Of a DNA stretch of 64,000 nt, positions 13,486 through 26,084 are shown piece by piece; position 1 is the stretch's first letter; each line of letters opens with the position of its first letter. The notes below the pieces were generated by a model, which saw only the letters and a program-made list of their open reading frames with translations, had not been told where the DNA came from and ran no database searches. The DNA comes from Chiloscyllium plagiosum (Eukaryota): contig NC_057711.1 in NCBI RefSeq assembly GCF_004010195.1, positions 78,928,456-78,992,455 on the forward strand, in the 5' to 3' direction. Made by a program: the position numbers and the translations under genes.

Positions 13486-14166
13486 TAAAACGATTATGCA
13501 GAAAAGTACATTAATAAAAACAGAGCGCAAACGTGTTCTGAGTAAGTCGTACTGATATCATGTTCCTTTGCTGGATGCATACATTGCAAGAAATTTATTC
13601 ATCTAACAGTTAGTTGAAAATGTACCTGATTTTGTCTGTGGACACTTTTCAAACCTATTTGATAGTTTGTTTTTTTATAAAGGAAAAGATGGTCTGTAGG
13701 ATATGTGGAACAATCCATCTTCCGCAACTACACTGGCCCCACCCCCCACCTTTTCCTCCGCTACATCGATGACTGTATCGGCGCCGCCTCGTGCTCCCAC
13801 GAGGAAGTTGAACAGTTCATCCACTTCACCAACACCTTCCACCCCGACCTCAAATTCACCTGGACAGTCTCAGATTCCTCCCTCCCCTTCCTCGACCTTT
13901 CTATTTCTATCTCAGGCGACCGAATCAACACGGACATCTACTACAAACCGACCGACTCCCACAGCTACCTGGACTACACCTCCTCCCATCCTGCCCCCTG
14001 TAAAAACGCCATCCCATTCTCCCAATTCCTTCGACTCCACCACATCTGCTCCCAGGAGGACCAGTTCCAAAAAATCACATCCCAGATGGCCTCCTTCTTC
14101 AAGGACCACAATTTCCCCCCCCGACGTGGTCGACGATGCCCCCCACCGCATCTCTTCCACTCCCCG

Positions 14167-14638
14167 NNNNNNNNNNNNNNNNNNNNNNNNNNNNNNNNNN
14201 NNNNNNNNNNNNNNNNNNNNNNNNNNNNNNNNNNNNNNNNNNNNNNNNNNNNNNNNNNNNNNNNNNNNNNNNNNNNNNNNNNNNNNNNNNNNNNNNNNNN
14301 NNNNNNNNNNNNNNNNNNNNNNNNNNNNNNNNNNNNNNNNNNNNNNNNNNNNNNNNNNNNNNNNNNNNNNNNNNNNNNNNNNNNNNNNNNNNNNNNNNNN
14401 NNNNNNNNNNNNNNNNNNNNNNNNNNNNNNNNNNNNNNNNNNNNNNNNNNNNNNNNNNNNNNNNNNNNNNNNNNNNNNNNNNNNNNNNNNNNNNNNNNNN
14501 NNNNNNNNNNNNNNNNNNNNNNNNNNNNNNNNNNNNNNNNNNNNNNNNNNNNNNNNNNNNNNNNNNNNNNNNNNNNNNNNNNNNNNNNNNNNNNNNNNNN
14601 NNNNNNNNNNNNNNNNNNNNNNNNNNNNNNNNNNNNNN
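14167..14638. other. Assembly gap (N run)
   Basis: 472 consecutive N. Confidence 1.
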
Positions 14639-14801
14639 GCCTTCCTAACCTGCAATCTTCTTCCTAACCTCTCCGCCCCCACCCCAGTCTGATCTATCAC
14701 CCTCACCTTGACCTCTTTCAACCTATCACATTTCCGACGCCCCTCCCCCAAGTCCCTCCTCCCTACCTTTTATCTTAGCCTGCTGGACAAACTTTCCCCA
14801 T

Positions 14802-14833
14802 TCCTGAAGAAGGGCTTATGCCCGAAACGTCGA
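14802..14833 (+). ncRNA. Minimal type-I hammerhead ribozyme, family A
   Basis: tc-CTGAAGA-a-GGGC-ttat-GCCC-GAAA-cg-TC|ga. Confidence 0.8.
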
Positions 14834-16149
14834 TTCTCCTGTTCCCTGGATGCTGCCTGACCTGCTGCGCTTTTCCAGCAACACATTTCCAGCTCTGATC
14901 TCCAGCATCTGCAGACCTCACTTTCTCTTCTGTATTTATATAGCCAATTTGTTTTTGTTAATTTTGTGTAATAAACTGAAAAGATCAGACTGTAACACAA
15001 TGTAATAAAGGATATAGAAGGGAGACCAGTGTTTAAAATAGCTCATGAAAATACTTACAAATAGCTATCCCTTCAACATTAAGCATGAATATTGATAAAT
15101 GCTTTATACTGCACAGGCTATGTTTATTTTCATATCTATATACCTTTTATGTTAAGGAAGATTATTTTGCCAAGTAATTGTTCTTATTAGGCGTTCCCTA
15201 TCCTACATTTTTGTTGGCTTTCTTTTGTGAATAAAATTCAAGATTCAGTGAAAAAAGGAGTCAAATCATTTACTGCACAATCTAAATTGAAGGCCAGATT
15301 TCCAAAGTATTTTCTTAACCTTGTCAGATTTTCTCCTTTTTTTAAAATGTGGTGAAATGTCTGAAGAACTTATTATCCTGTTGCCATCCATCTTAATTTC
15401 TCCTTCTAGCCTGGCTCCATATCAAGAGCCTTCTAGCAATCTTTGTAATCGTGAAATTGCATTATCGCGGTCATTTGAATCCTATTAGATTTGGGGTATT
15501 GCTTTCCAACCCTATGAGTTCTTTCCAATCTTATTATTTTTGACTCAGGCTTTAAAACTTAAGGTAACTAGTCCTAAATTAATTCATTTGGGTCTTCTTT
15601 CTCGAAAATCTTATTAACCCATGTATACAGTTGGTTTTACTATAGCAAGCCCCAGACTCTATGCTATTGGTAATCAGTCCTTCCCACTTTTTCCAATGAA
15701 ATTAAACACCCTATCCTCTGTCTTCTGTTTTAGGTACAGTATTGATTGTTAAACTTAATTTAGATTTGAACATACAATAGGCTAGTAACATGATCCATGT
15801 TGACATTCAGAGTATGGAAGATTGACAACCGTGGAGAGCACTGGGTGCACTCAGGGACGAGAACAAAGGGGTTTTGCCTTTCTGTCCCCATACTCACTTA
15901 CTTCACTCATCATTACCTATGCCACCATCTTATGCACATGCCTGCCATACTTACCTTCTCTCCATAGTTTTTGAAAGAAGTTTTTGGACACTTAAAATCT
16001 TTACTTATGTCAGCTAATGCGTAAAGGTGGGATGCAGCTCCTGCATTGATTCTCAGAGTTACTTCAACTGAGGTATGGGGCGTTGAGTTAGTTTTGAAGG
16101 GTCCTCCATTAGAAGGTCATTTGCAAAGCCCAAGGAAGGTTAAGGATGG

Positions 16150-16450
16150 GGAAGAGGGAGGACTAAAATGTTGGTCAGGCACAATATTATGCTGCAGACA
16201 GCATTAATAAGATAATCGTGGGATGTCTGCCCTTCAGTTCGAGGAGCTCCTGCCTTTCAGTCCTTGCAGCATCCCAGCTGAGATGCTGTCAGCATTGCTC
16301 ATTGACCTGGGAAGAAAGCAGACATGGATTGCTGGACCAAGTTAAGTGATGTTATTTAGCAGGATATCTTGGGGATATAAGCAAATTGGAACGAAAGAGG
16401 AGTCACTCTTTTCTGGGGTTGCCACTGCAGCATAAAGGGCATTATTCAAC
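16150..16450 (-). mobile_element. Highly decayed Harbinger transposase remnant
   Basis: Minus strand ...ggcaggagctcctcgaact...tgctgtctgcagcataatatt resembles GGALQY...CCxLHN. Confidence 0.35.
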
Positions 16451-16829
16451 AAGCTTTCAATTGACCAATAATTATTTACTGACATGTGGCAAATAACCTA
16501 TTGATTTCGGTGCTCGCCCATTCCAGTAAAATGAGGGAAAGCTCCGAAGTACATGGGAAGGTAGTTGGCTAGCTATTTAATCTTACATGCTCCCTCCCTG
16601 CACAGTGGAAACATGCCTGGTTGGAATATCTGGGACAATGCCAATTTAGACCAAAAGACCATAAGACTGTAAGACATAGAGCAGATATTAGGCCATTCAG
16701 CCCTTGAATCTGCTACACCATTCAAGCATGGCTGATATGTTTCTCAAACCCATTCTCCATCTTTGTCCCTGTTACCCTTGATCCCCTTGATACTCAAGAA
16801 CCTATCTTTCTCCATCTTAAGCAGTACTG

Positions 16830-17340
16830 CATTAAGTGCTGGTCTCTCTGCTATAGGAAATATATTGTTATCTTAAAAAGGTTCAGAAAAGATTTATAAA
16901 AATGTTGCTGTGATTGGAGGGTTTGAGCTATGATAGACTGTGGCTCTTTTCCCTGGAACATCGGAGGCTGAAGGGTAACCTTATAGATGCTTATAAAATC
17001 ATGAGGGGCACAGATAGAGTGAATTACCAATCTTTTTTCAAGGGTAGGCAAATCCAAAACTGCAGGGCATAGGTTCAAGGCGAGCAGTGAAAGCTTTAAA
17101 AGGGACCTGAGGGGTAACTTTGTCATGCAGAGGGTGGTGCGTGTATGGAATGAGCTGCCAGAGGAATTGATGAAGGCTGGTACAGTTACAAGATTTAAAA
17201 GGATGGGTATGTGAATAGAAAGGGTTTAGAGGAATACGAGCCAAATGCTGGCAAATGAGACTAGATCAGTTTAGAATATCTGGTCAGCATGGATGAGTTG
17301 GACCGAAAGGTCTGTTTCCGCACTGTATAACTCTATGACT
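16830..17340 (+). mobile_element. CR1 LINE 3' fragment
   Basis: aggttcagaaaagattt..ctggaacatcggaggctg..gtatggaatgagctgccagag..ctgtataactctatgact tail. Confidence 0.9.
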
Positions 17341-18050
17341 GCACAACATCCTGTCAGGCCCCTGCCTTGATGTATAATCCATTTTTGGCATTACCATTGG
17401 TACTATCCCCACCGTAACCACTGTTTTATTATTTATATGCCTACAGAAGACTCTGGAATACCACTTTATGCTAACGACTAGTCTTTTCTCGTAATTCCTC
17501 ATCACATTTCTTATTTATTTCTTCACCTCCTCTCTAAACCTTCAGTACTTGGGTTGGTCGTCAGTTGTATTTTTCTGCCATACACATATCATGAGCACAG
17601 TTTCTCTTTCTAATGTTTATTCCTACTTCCTGTGTCATCCAGGAAACTCTAGATTTGTTTGTCCTACAATTCCCATTTGAGGGATTGTACCTCTACTATA
17701 TCTGTACCATCTACTTTTTGAAAGTAGCTAGCTGTTCAGCTATTGTTATCTCCACCAACCTCTTGTTCCAGTCAATCCTGCCCAGCTCTGTTCTTACCCC
17801 ATTGAAGTCAGGTCTCTGCCAATTAATCTTTATTACTCTGGATTGTTGCATATCAGTCTTATTCCCCCCCAACATTTGATCCACTTGGCCTACTTCATTT
17901 TCAAAGACCAGGTTCAACAATTCCTTCTTGATGGACTGGACACACACTGCTATAGGAAACTTTCCTGAACACATCTAGGAACAGTTGCCTCTTACTGTCC
18001 TTTACCCTAATTGTATCTCAATCTCTATTTGGATAATTGAAGTCCAAAAA
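17340..18050 (-). mobile_element. Old CR1 ORF2 internal fragment
   Basis: ORF 17711..17974 LLNLVFENEVGQV..INWQRPDFNGVRTELGRIDW; 17284..17505 RNYEKRL..VFCRHINNK. Confidence 0.75.
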
Positions 18051-18081
18051 TGGCAAAAGCAATACTTTTGTTAAGAATTTG

Positions 18082-18291
18082 AGGAGAAAGTGAGGTCTGC
18101 AGATGCTGGAGATCAGAGCTGAAAATGTGTTGCTGGAAAAGCGCAGCAGGTCAGGCAGCATCCAGGGAACAGGAGAATCGACGTTTCGGGCATAAGCCCT
18201 TCCTGAAGGAGGGCTTATGCCCGAAACGTCGATTCTCCTGTTCCCTGGATGCTGCCTGACCTGCTGCGCTTTTCCAGCAACACATTTTCAG
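18082..18291. mobile_element. Fold-back PLE tail mini-element, family A, with 16-bp TSD
   Basis: Near-perfect inverted repeat centred about 18203; TSD ttttgttaagaatttg at 18066-18081 and 18292-18307. Confidence 0.9.
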
Positions 18292-18911
18292 TTTTGTTAA
18301 GAATTTGCCTTCTACACGTTGGACATTTTAAAAATCACATCAAAATGAATAGTCCTTTGGTTGCCTTTGATTAACTTTAATGTGAGAAGTAGTATGATCC
18401 AATGGTGTCAACACGGTAAGTTGGAATACAGGAGGCTAAACCTGGGTATCAGCAAGAGGAGCTGCAGAGAAAGGAGTTGAAGAAGATGAAGTCTAAGTTA
18501 CCACATTTGTTGACATATCAAGTCTTTGCTAAAAACATGAATGGACTCAGTTAATTGGAATATCAGTTGGTCCATATTGTTTGCCACTATATCCATGTAA
18601 ACCATCAACTCACTAATGCTTGAGGTGAACTCATCTATTCTCTCTGCAATCGTGGGCGGTGAGTGTCAAATGTCTACCTTTTTTGGCAGCCCTTAATGAG
18701 AACTCTTTCCATCAATGATTCAGGATGCAGTGTCTACGCCCAGCAGTGAATAACTTAAAGAGCATTACAGCCTCTGACACAGACTCTCCCATTGCTGTCC
18801 TTCTTAGTAGAAGTTAATCTTGGTCACCTGTGAAATGCAAATCACCAGGTGAAAGTCCAGCTATTTGCCTATCTGGTGCCGTGGAAGTGAGAATACTGCT
18901 CTGTTCATAGT

Positions 18912-19012
18912 TTATACTCGACCGTTGATGATCACAGCTTCAGAAAGGTACAGTTCCTCTGCAGGTTTGTCATTGGCAAAGCCCACCAACTGCTGCTGCT
19001 CAACCGAAAGAT
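18912..19012 (-). CDS. Candidate terminal coding exon of an unidentified gene
   Basis: Acceptor tcttgtgtctccgtcag; phase-1 open frame LSVEQQQLVGFANDKPAEELYLSEAVIINGRV*; no homology recognised. Confidence 0.25.
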
Positions 19013-19429
19013 CTGACGGAGACACAAGATATGAATGAATACTGGCAAGGTAGGGGAGTTGCAGCTTCACTTAATGCCCATACAGGCCAACAACCAAATT
19101 TAAAATAAATTCAAGCTTCCAGTGATTGCCGAAAGGATCACATAATAGAATTTTCACTCATAAAATTTTTAATAAAGCAAACAAACTTAAAGTAAAATTG
19201 TCTAAACATCATTTCAGTTAGCAACTGGCATTCTAATTTACAGAAAAAATTACCCATTTGGTATGCTCCCCCCATAGTTTCACATTATTCTGTCTCTTAC
19301 ATAAATTGTATGATCCCAGATCTAATCCGGAGTGATTCTTAACTCCTTTGTTTTTTTTCTCCAGCTGGATAACTTCCAATCCTGGAACTAACTTTCACAG
19401 TATAAGTTATCCTGGAATATTGTCTTCCA

Positions 19430-19556
19430 GGGGGAGAAAGTGAGGAGAACAGATGCTGGAGATCAGAGTAAAGAGTGTGCTGCTGGGAAAACACAGTAGG
19501 TCAGGCAGCATCCAAGGAGCAGGAGAATCGACGTTTCGAGCATAAACTCTTCATTA
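19430..19556 (-). mobile_element. Single-arm PLE tail insertion, family A, with 16-bp TSD
   Basis: TSD ggaatattgtcttcca at 19414-19429 and 19557-19572; begins at the hammerhead core. Confidence 0.88.
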
Positions 19557-19924
19557 GGAATATTGTCTTCCATCAATTAAGGCTACACAAATCATCCAAC
19601 TATATTTAACTCCCACAACTTGTGTCTCTTCAATCCAAGCTTGTGCTCCCACCTACATTTTATGTGGTGAATGATCGAGATTCACTGCCTCAATTTCTCT
19701 GTATTTTGCCCATGTTATATTCTCGCAGACAGGCTCTGTCTGTAAGGTTCAGCAGTAATGAGGAAAGCCTGTAACTCGATATTGAAATGGCCTCCTATAG
19801 ATTCTTCCCATCCTCAAAGCCTAACTGCATGGCAATATAAATCACATGGGCCTGTATCCAGAAGAATTGTTAGTTATCTATCATCTCCCTGTTCAATCTT
19901 GAAGTTAAATTAATTCTGAAGTCA

Positions 19925-20400
19925 GAGTCACAAAGATCTACAGTGCAGTAAAAGACCCTTCAGCCCATGGAGTCTGCACCAGTAAAAAACAACCTCCTAA
20001 TGAATTTAATCCAGCTAATCTAACCTAGCTATCCAGCACTTCGGTCATAGCCTTGTATGCTTTGTATTGGAAGTGCATATTGAAATATTTCTTAAATGAT
20101 CTGAGGGTGTCTGCCTCTACCACCCTTACAAGCAGTGAGTTCCAGATTCCCACCACCCTCTGGGTAAAAAAAAATGCTCACATTCTCTCTAAACCTCCTG
20201 GCCCTTACCTTAAATCTATACCCCCTGGTCATTGATCACTCCATCAAGGAAAAAAGTTCCTTCCCGTTTACTTTATCTATATCCCTCACAATTTTATACA
20301 TTTCTATCATGTCCCACCCTCAGTCCTCTGTGCTGCAAGGAAAATAATCAGACTTGCAATTGCTCTTCATAGCTAAAATACTCCAGCCAGGCAACAACCA
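19925..20400 (-). mobile_element. CR1 LINE 3' fragment
   Basis: gagttccagattcccaccaccctctggg..tatccctcacaattttataca is the reverse of the CR1 ORF2 C-terminus. Confidence 0.8.
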
Positions 20401-20544
20401 ACATCTAGCCACCATCAGCACATCTGCCTTCGCCATTGCTAAAAATATGGGAATATTTTGCCCTTTCTTATCAGTAAAACAAGCGGGTCTCCTCTTTGGC
20501 ACTAAATCATTAAGAGAACATTAGGATACTAAAGATCATCATCA

Positions 20545-20950
20545 AAGAGTATGGCGCTGGAAGACCACAGCAGGTCAGGCAACATCCGAAAAGCAGGAGA
20601 ATTGACAATTCAGCCATAAGCCCTTTATAATGAATGTGAGGGGAGGATAGGGGTTGAGAGATAAATAGGAGGCTGCAGGTGCGGCTGGGGGTAAGGTAGC
20701 TGGGAAGGTGATAGGTAGATACAGCTGGGGGGAAGGGTGGAGTGGATAGATGTGAAGGAAGATGAACAGGTAGGACAGTTCAAGAGGGCGGTGCCAGATT
20801 GGGAAGTTGGATCTGGGATAAGGTGGGGGGAGGGGAATGGGGAAACTGGTGAAATCCACATTGACCCCGTGTGGTTGGCAGGTCTGAAGGCGGAAGATAA
20901 GGCGTTCTTCCTCCAGGTGTTGGGTGGTTAGAGAGTGGCGATGGAGGAGG
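20545..20950 (-). mobile_element. PLE 3' fragment (end of GIY-YIG, UTR, tail)
   Basis: Minus strand ctggaggaagaacgccttatcttccgc..gggtcaatgtggatttcaccagtttc; family A tail. Confidence 0.85.
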
Positions 20951-21240
20951 CACTGAAGCAGATGCCCACTGTGTATTATTTCCAGGAGTCAGGTAAAGCC
21001 TGCACGTGCTTTGGAAGTGTTTTGTAAAAAGGTATAAATGATCTTAACTCCCGGCGGGCAGGATTGGTTCGTTTTGGGACATAATGGAAGACAAGAAGCA
21101 AGTGACAGCTGCAGCCCACCTTCATTGTGACTAATAACGCAGTCACCTTCCGAGAGGGTGATCCGAGCCGAACACTCAGCCAGTCACAGATGTGAGGAAT
21201 GAGAAGAAAGCGTTGAACAGAGCAGTACACAATCAATTAC

Positions 21241-21333
21241 TACTGGGCCGTAAACTCTCCAGGATATAGAGTGGTTCTTCCTCCAGGATCATTTTCTCCT
21301 GCTCCGTTCCATCTGTGCTGCTGTGCGGGGTCA
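21241..21333 (-). CDS. Candidate internal exon of an unidentified gene
   Basis: Acceptor tgtttcctttgatcag, weak donor A|gtaatt; 93 nt phase 1-1 open TPHSSTDGTEQEKMILEEEPLYILESLRPS. Confidence 0.2.
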
Positions 21334-21645
21334 CTGATCAAAGGAAACATGCAGCTCATGTGGGGTTCCCACATTTAAGCAGCTCCCACCTCAACGGCAA
21401 AGTGTTTTGAAGAGTTGTATTTTGTTTACAGTACATTCAGCCCATCAGACCCATGCTGGCATAGTGCTCCACTTACTTGCTTCCCCTGTCTCCTTGGAAA
21501 CACAGTGATGTGAGAAAACATGTCTGAAATAAGGGACGTGTTACCCAGGGTTTTACACCTTATGCGCATCAGGACAAACACAAGGATGCCATATTTCAGA
21601 GGAGTACAATAATTTATACCATAATAATTATCATTTATCCTGATG

Positions 21646-21728
21646 AAGGGCTTATGCCCGAAACGTCAATTCTTCTGCTCCTCGAATGCTGCCTGACCTG
21701 CTGTGTTTATGCAGTGCCACACTCTTCA
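21646..21728 (+). mobile_element. Single-arm PLE hammerhead/tail insertion with 14-bp TSD
   Basis: TSD catttatcctgatg at 21632-21645 and 21729-21742; the left TSD supplies the CTGATG core. Confidence 0.85.
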
Positions 21729-21814
21729 CATTTATCCTGATGGGCCATGACAACTGTTGCCAGCAACATGCCTCTCTTTACAGTAACATTGAAATAATGT
21801 TAGATTGCTTTCTG

Positions 21815-22148
21815 GGTGGCATGGTGGCTCAGTGGTTAGCACTGCTGCCTCACAGCACCAGGGACCAGAGTTCAGTTTAACCCTCGGGCAACCGGCTGTG
21901 TGGAGTTTGCATGTTCTCCCTGTGTCTATGTGGATTTCTCACAGTCCAAAGATGTGCAGGCTTAGGTGGATTAGCACAGCAGTTCTGTGCTTTTCCAGCA
22001 CCACTCTAATCTAAACTCTGGTTTCCAGCATCTGCAGTCATTGTTTTTACTTAGGTGGATAAGCCATGGGAAATGCAGGGTTACAGGGATGGGGGACGGT
22101 GTGGATTCAATTGGCCAAATGGCCAGCTCCCATGCTGTAGGGAGTCTA
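21815..22148 (+). mobile_element. HE1 SINE with nested PLE tail fragment
   Basis: ggtggcatggtggctcagtggttagcactgctgcctcac; insert about 21976-22049 flanked by cttaggtggat(t/a)agc duplication. Confidence 0.88.
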
Positions 22149-22549
22149 CATTTCCCTGTACTTACCTCTTGTATGCGGCTGTATGATTTCTTCCACCACT
22201 CTCTGCAGTAACAAGTCCCACGTTCTCACCACTCTCTGGGGAAAGTGTAAGTTTACTGCCCTGGCTCTGGGTTCGTTCCACAAATCATCTTCTCGACGTC
22301 TGCGCCAGCAAACTGTTTCATGGGCTGTCAGATTTTGATCAGTTCACCCCTCAGCCTCCTTCTTTCTAAAAGAAGAAGCACAGGCCTGTGCAATCTTTCT
22401 TGACAAATTATATATCCCAGCCCTGCATTGTTACAATCATTACTAAGTGATCATTAGTTATCGATTATTAACTCGTAAGGATTCTTTGATTGGCTGCTGT
22501 GGTCCATGGCCTATTAGAGGGTGATCACTCAGGCTGGGTGAAGATACAT

Positions 22550-23065
22550 TGTTTTATTGTGGTCACATGTACCTAAGCACAGTGAAAAGTTTGCGAGAAG
22601 TATAAGCAGATCATAGCAATCAAGGACATACAGACTATAGGGAGCTCAGGCAGAGCAAGGCACACAGATTTACAAGTGCCCAGTAGGTGCACAAAGCGAG
22701 ATCAACATTAGCAAGATCAACATTAGAATCAGAGAGTCCATTCAGCAGTCTGGTAACAGCCGGGAAGAAGCTGTTCCTGAACCTGTTGGTGCATGTGTTC
22801 AAGCTTCTGTATCTTCTGCCTGATGGAAGAGAGCATTACCGGGGTGGGAGCATCTTTGATGATGTTAGCAGCCTTTCCGCGCAATGAGCCGTGTAAATGG
22901 AGTCCATGGAGAGAAGGTTGGCTTCCATGATGGTCTGGGCTGTGCACACCATCCTCTGTAGTTTCTTATGGTACTGGGCAGAGCAGCCACTGTACCAGGC
23001 CGTAATGCACCCTGACAGAATGCTTCCTTTGGTGCATCCTTCGATGTTAGTGAGGGTCCTTCTGA
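22550..23065 (-). mobile_element. Rex1/Babar LINE 3' fragment
   Basis: ORF 22836..23138 SILSGCITAWYSGCSAQYHKKLQRMVCTAQTI, a typical Rex1 C-terminus. Confidence 0.85.
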
Positions 23066-23069
23066 AGCA

Positions 23070-23415
23070 AAGAATCATAGAATCCCTACAGTGTGGAAAC
23101 AGGCCATTTGGCCCAACAAGTCCACAACAACCCTCCAAAGAGTATCACACGCAGATCCATTACCCCTACCCTATTACTCTACATTTACCCGTGACTAATG
23201 TACCTAACCAACAAATCTCTGGACACTATGGTCAATTCACCCAAATCTGCACATCTATGGACTGTGGGAGGAAACCGGAGCACCCGGAGGAAACCCACGA
23301 AGACACAGAGAGAACGTGCAAACTCCACACAGACAGTCGCCCGAAGGTGGAATCAAACTCGGGTCCCTGGCGCCGTGAGGGAGCAGTGCTAACCACTAAG
23401 CCACCGTACTGCCCA
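23070..23415 (-). mobile_element. HE1 SINE
   Basis: ggactgtgggaggaaaccggagcacccggaggaaaccc..gcagtgctaaccac. Confidence 0.9.
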
Positions 23416-23631
23416 AAGAGAAGGATAGTTTTGGTCAGTGCTTGACTGCGATTACCTTCCTAATCAACTTGTTCAGAGGTGTCGTGATACGCCTCTGGCA
23501 CAGGTGAGATTTCAAGCTGGGCCTCCTGGCTCAGAGGTAAGGATGCTGCCACTGCATCACAAGTGCCTTGCGGTTGCTGCCTAGGATGGAAGCCCTTGAT
23601 GCTGAACCCGAGTGACAGAGGTGTGTCTTAC

Positions 23632-23717
23632 CCCCAACCCTGACATGTCTCACTTTGAGAAGAACAGCCAACAGCTGATTTCCTAATTGGAGGTGCTTAT
23701 AGATTTTAATATTGATT
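23632..23717 (-). CDS. Candidate exon of an unidentified transcript
   Basis: Donor GGG|gtaaga; acceptors at 23682 (attag) or 23717 (ttcaag); open frame INIKIYKHLQLGNQLLAVLLKVRHVRVG. Confidence 0.2.
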
Positions 23718-23789
23718 CTTGAAAGCATTAATCCAAATGAGCTAAGAAAAAAGATATTTTAAATAAATGCCTTGTCTTCCTTTAAACCT

Positions 23790-25520
23790 CTCCCATTCTA
23801 CTTGAAGTCATACGATACTGACGATGACTATGATAGATACTGCTCGATGACTTCTTCACATCCCCCAGTCAGACACCCATCTTCATCCAATCCTGCTGTG
23901 TTTAAGTCTCTCATTACTACAGCTTCCCACCTGGTCCGAGACTTTCTCCTTCTCTGACATCTACCTCATCACATTTCCTCTTTCTCACTCTCCGTGATAG
24001 ATGACCACACTATCTCAAGCCCGGCTGAGTTACTTTTTTTTGACGCTCCCTTTAATCTTCATCGACTCGCTGAAGTATTGTTTCCTGATTTTGTCCTTTA
24101 TCGTTATTCCCCAAGTCCATCTTGGTATTGGCACCTCATTAGTATCGAGTCATTGTTCCTCTCTTACAGTCTTGGAGATTTAAGCATGGAAGCAGACCCT
24201 TCAGTCCAACTCATCTGCCGACCTGATATCCTGAACTAATCCAGTCCCATTTGCCAGCATTTGACCCAAGTGCGTCCAAACCCTCCCTATTCATATACCC
24301 ATCCAGATGCCTTTTAAATGTTGTAATTGTACCAGCCTCCATCACATCCTCTGGCAGCTCATTCCATACACGCACCACCCTCTGTGTGAAAAAGTTGCCC
24401 CTTAGGTCCCTTTTATGTCTTTTCCCTCCCACCTTAACCTATGCCCTCTAGCTTTGGACTCCCCTACCCTGGGGAAAAATTCTTGAGTGTACACCCTATC
24501 CATGCCCCTCATGATTTTACAAGCTCCATAAGGTCATACCTCCGACACTGCAGAGAAAATAACATCAGCCTATTCATCCTCTTTCTATAGCTCAAACACT
24601 CCAACCCCGGCAATATTCTTGTAGATCTTTTCTGCACCCTTTCAAATTTAACATCTTTCCTACAATTGGGAGACCAGAACTGAACAAAACTGAACTCTTC
24701 TCGCGCAATGTAACAAAGCCAGTCTCTGAACTGTCTTACCTCTGCCTTTCAATTTCAACAATATTTTACTATCATGTAACAATTCACTGCGCTCCTCCCA
24801 ATTTCTCCACCCAGAACGAATCCTTTGCTTAATTTCCATTTCTATATTTCGATCTTCTGTCACCGCTGACCTCAGGCACCTCACGTTCTGTAAGTCTTCA
24901 CCTGTAATCTTTACAGTTTCATTTGGATGCACTTCTCTTAACTCAAACTAAGCATCCATAAATAGGGTCTTCCATCTCCTGATCTTCATCACGCTGTCTT
25001 CCAGTGCTTGTCTCCTGCTTTCCAGACATCCAGTCATTTTCTCACCAACCCCATCACTCTGCTCAATATTCATCAGTTGGTCTCATTGACCATGACACTT
25101 GCTACTTCACCTGCTCAGAACATTCATGATCATCGAGAAGAGGAAGGGGGTTTATTGTCAATCCATGGTGTTATTCAACTTTGCCTTCAAAGCTCTCACT
25201 CTTCCCCTCACAGCTCCTTTCTCTTCTCTGACCCTCTTTGCACGTATTTCATAATAATCACACATCCTTCTCAGGGACTCTTTGTGAATTCTAGTCCATC
25301 CTCCCATGACACTCAGTTATGGACCTTCTCTCAATCGAAGAGCACAATCTTCAAATTGTGTTGGCCCTCCCGATATTTCTCGCTAACTTGCCTCAAAACA
25401 AAAATGGCATCAGTGTGAGCACTTCTGGGTGTGCCCGAACTGATCTACATGGGTTTCCACCGTTTCTTTCAGCCTCTGGTCCCATATCTTTAAGGCAGGT
25501 GGTAAAACTTTAAATCCTCG
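23790..25520 (-). mobile_element. Decayed RTE-clade LINE (RT to 3' end), interrupted by a CR1
   Basis: ORF 24660..24932 EDRNIEMEIKQRIRSGWRNW..LKLKG; 3' end resembles GRPxxRWxxVVxxDL near 23900-23960. Confidence 0.7.
24173..24680 (-). mobile_element. CR1 LINE 3' fragment inserted in the RTE
   Basis: ORF 24211..24432 KRDLRGNFFTQRVVRVWNELPEDVMEAGTITTFKRHLD. Confidence 0.9.
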
Positions 25521-25564
25521 GCAGATTTTACAATTTTGAATGTTTCCCTTTCCTTAGAGCCACA

Positions 25565-25750
25565 ATAAAAATTGAAAGAACCGCGGATGTTGTAAATCAG
25601 AAACAAAAACCAAAGTTGCTGGAAAAGTTCAGCAGGTCTGGCAGCATCGGTGGAGAGAAATCACAGATAAATGTTTTGGGTCAAGTGACCCTTCCTCAGA
25701 AAACACTTGACCTGAAATGTTAACTCTAATTTCTCTCCACTGGTGCTACA
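25565..25750. mobile_element. Partial fold-back PLE tail, family D
   Basis: gggtcaagtgacccttcctcagaa then cacttgacctgaaatgttaactctaatttctctccac (inverse arm); minus-strand hammerhead ctgaggaagggtcacttgaccc. Confidence 0.75.
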
Positions 25751-26084
25751 ATGCTGTGTTTGCATGATGTTCACCCTGTTCATAAGGGAAAAGTGTTGTT
25801 TGGTTTGGACCTTGGATCTGTGTTCACCCAGCCAGATCCATACATACGACAGCACCTCATCTGATCCTACACTCCTTGGCCATTTTTAAATCCTGTTCTG
25901 ATTTCTTCCAGACAGATTGGAGTTTTCATTCCTTGACTTGCAGCTCCCTCTTCTGTCTTTGTTCCTGGGCTTTCTTTGTTCATAAACCAGTTAAATTGTT
26001 GGCCCCATCTCGCTTTGATTTCATTCTCTTATTTCACCTGCACCTTTCATTCCTCTTTTCTTAGCCTATCTTTCTTTTTCATGC

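Larger units (their letters stand above)
13694..14928 (+). mobile_element. Young 5'-truncated Penelope-like element (RT, gap, 3' UTR with hammerhead)
   Basis: ORF 13705.. FLRYIDDCIG (RT active site) ..LPFLDL..IYYKPTDSHSYLDYTSSHP; CpGs retained; family A tail. Confidence 0.95.

Noticed and set aside
13703..14751. Long ORFs of 170-329 aa
   Set aside because: Length inflated by the N gap; only the PLE RT frame is meaningful
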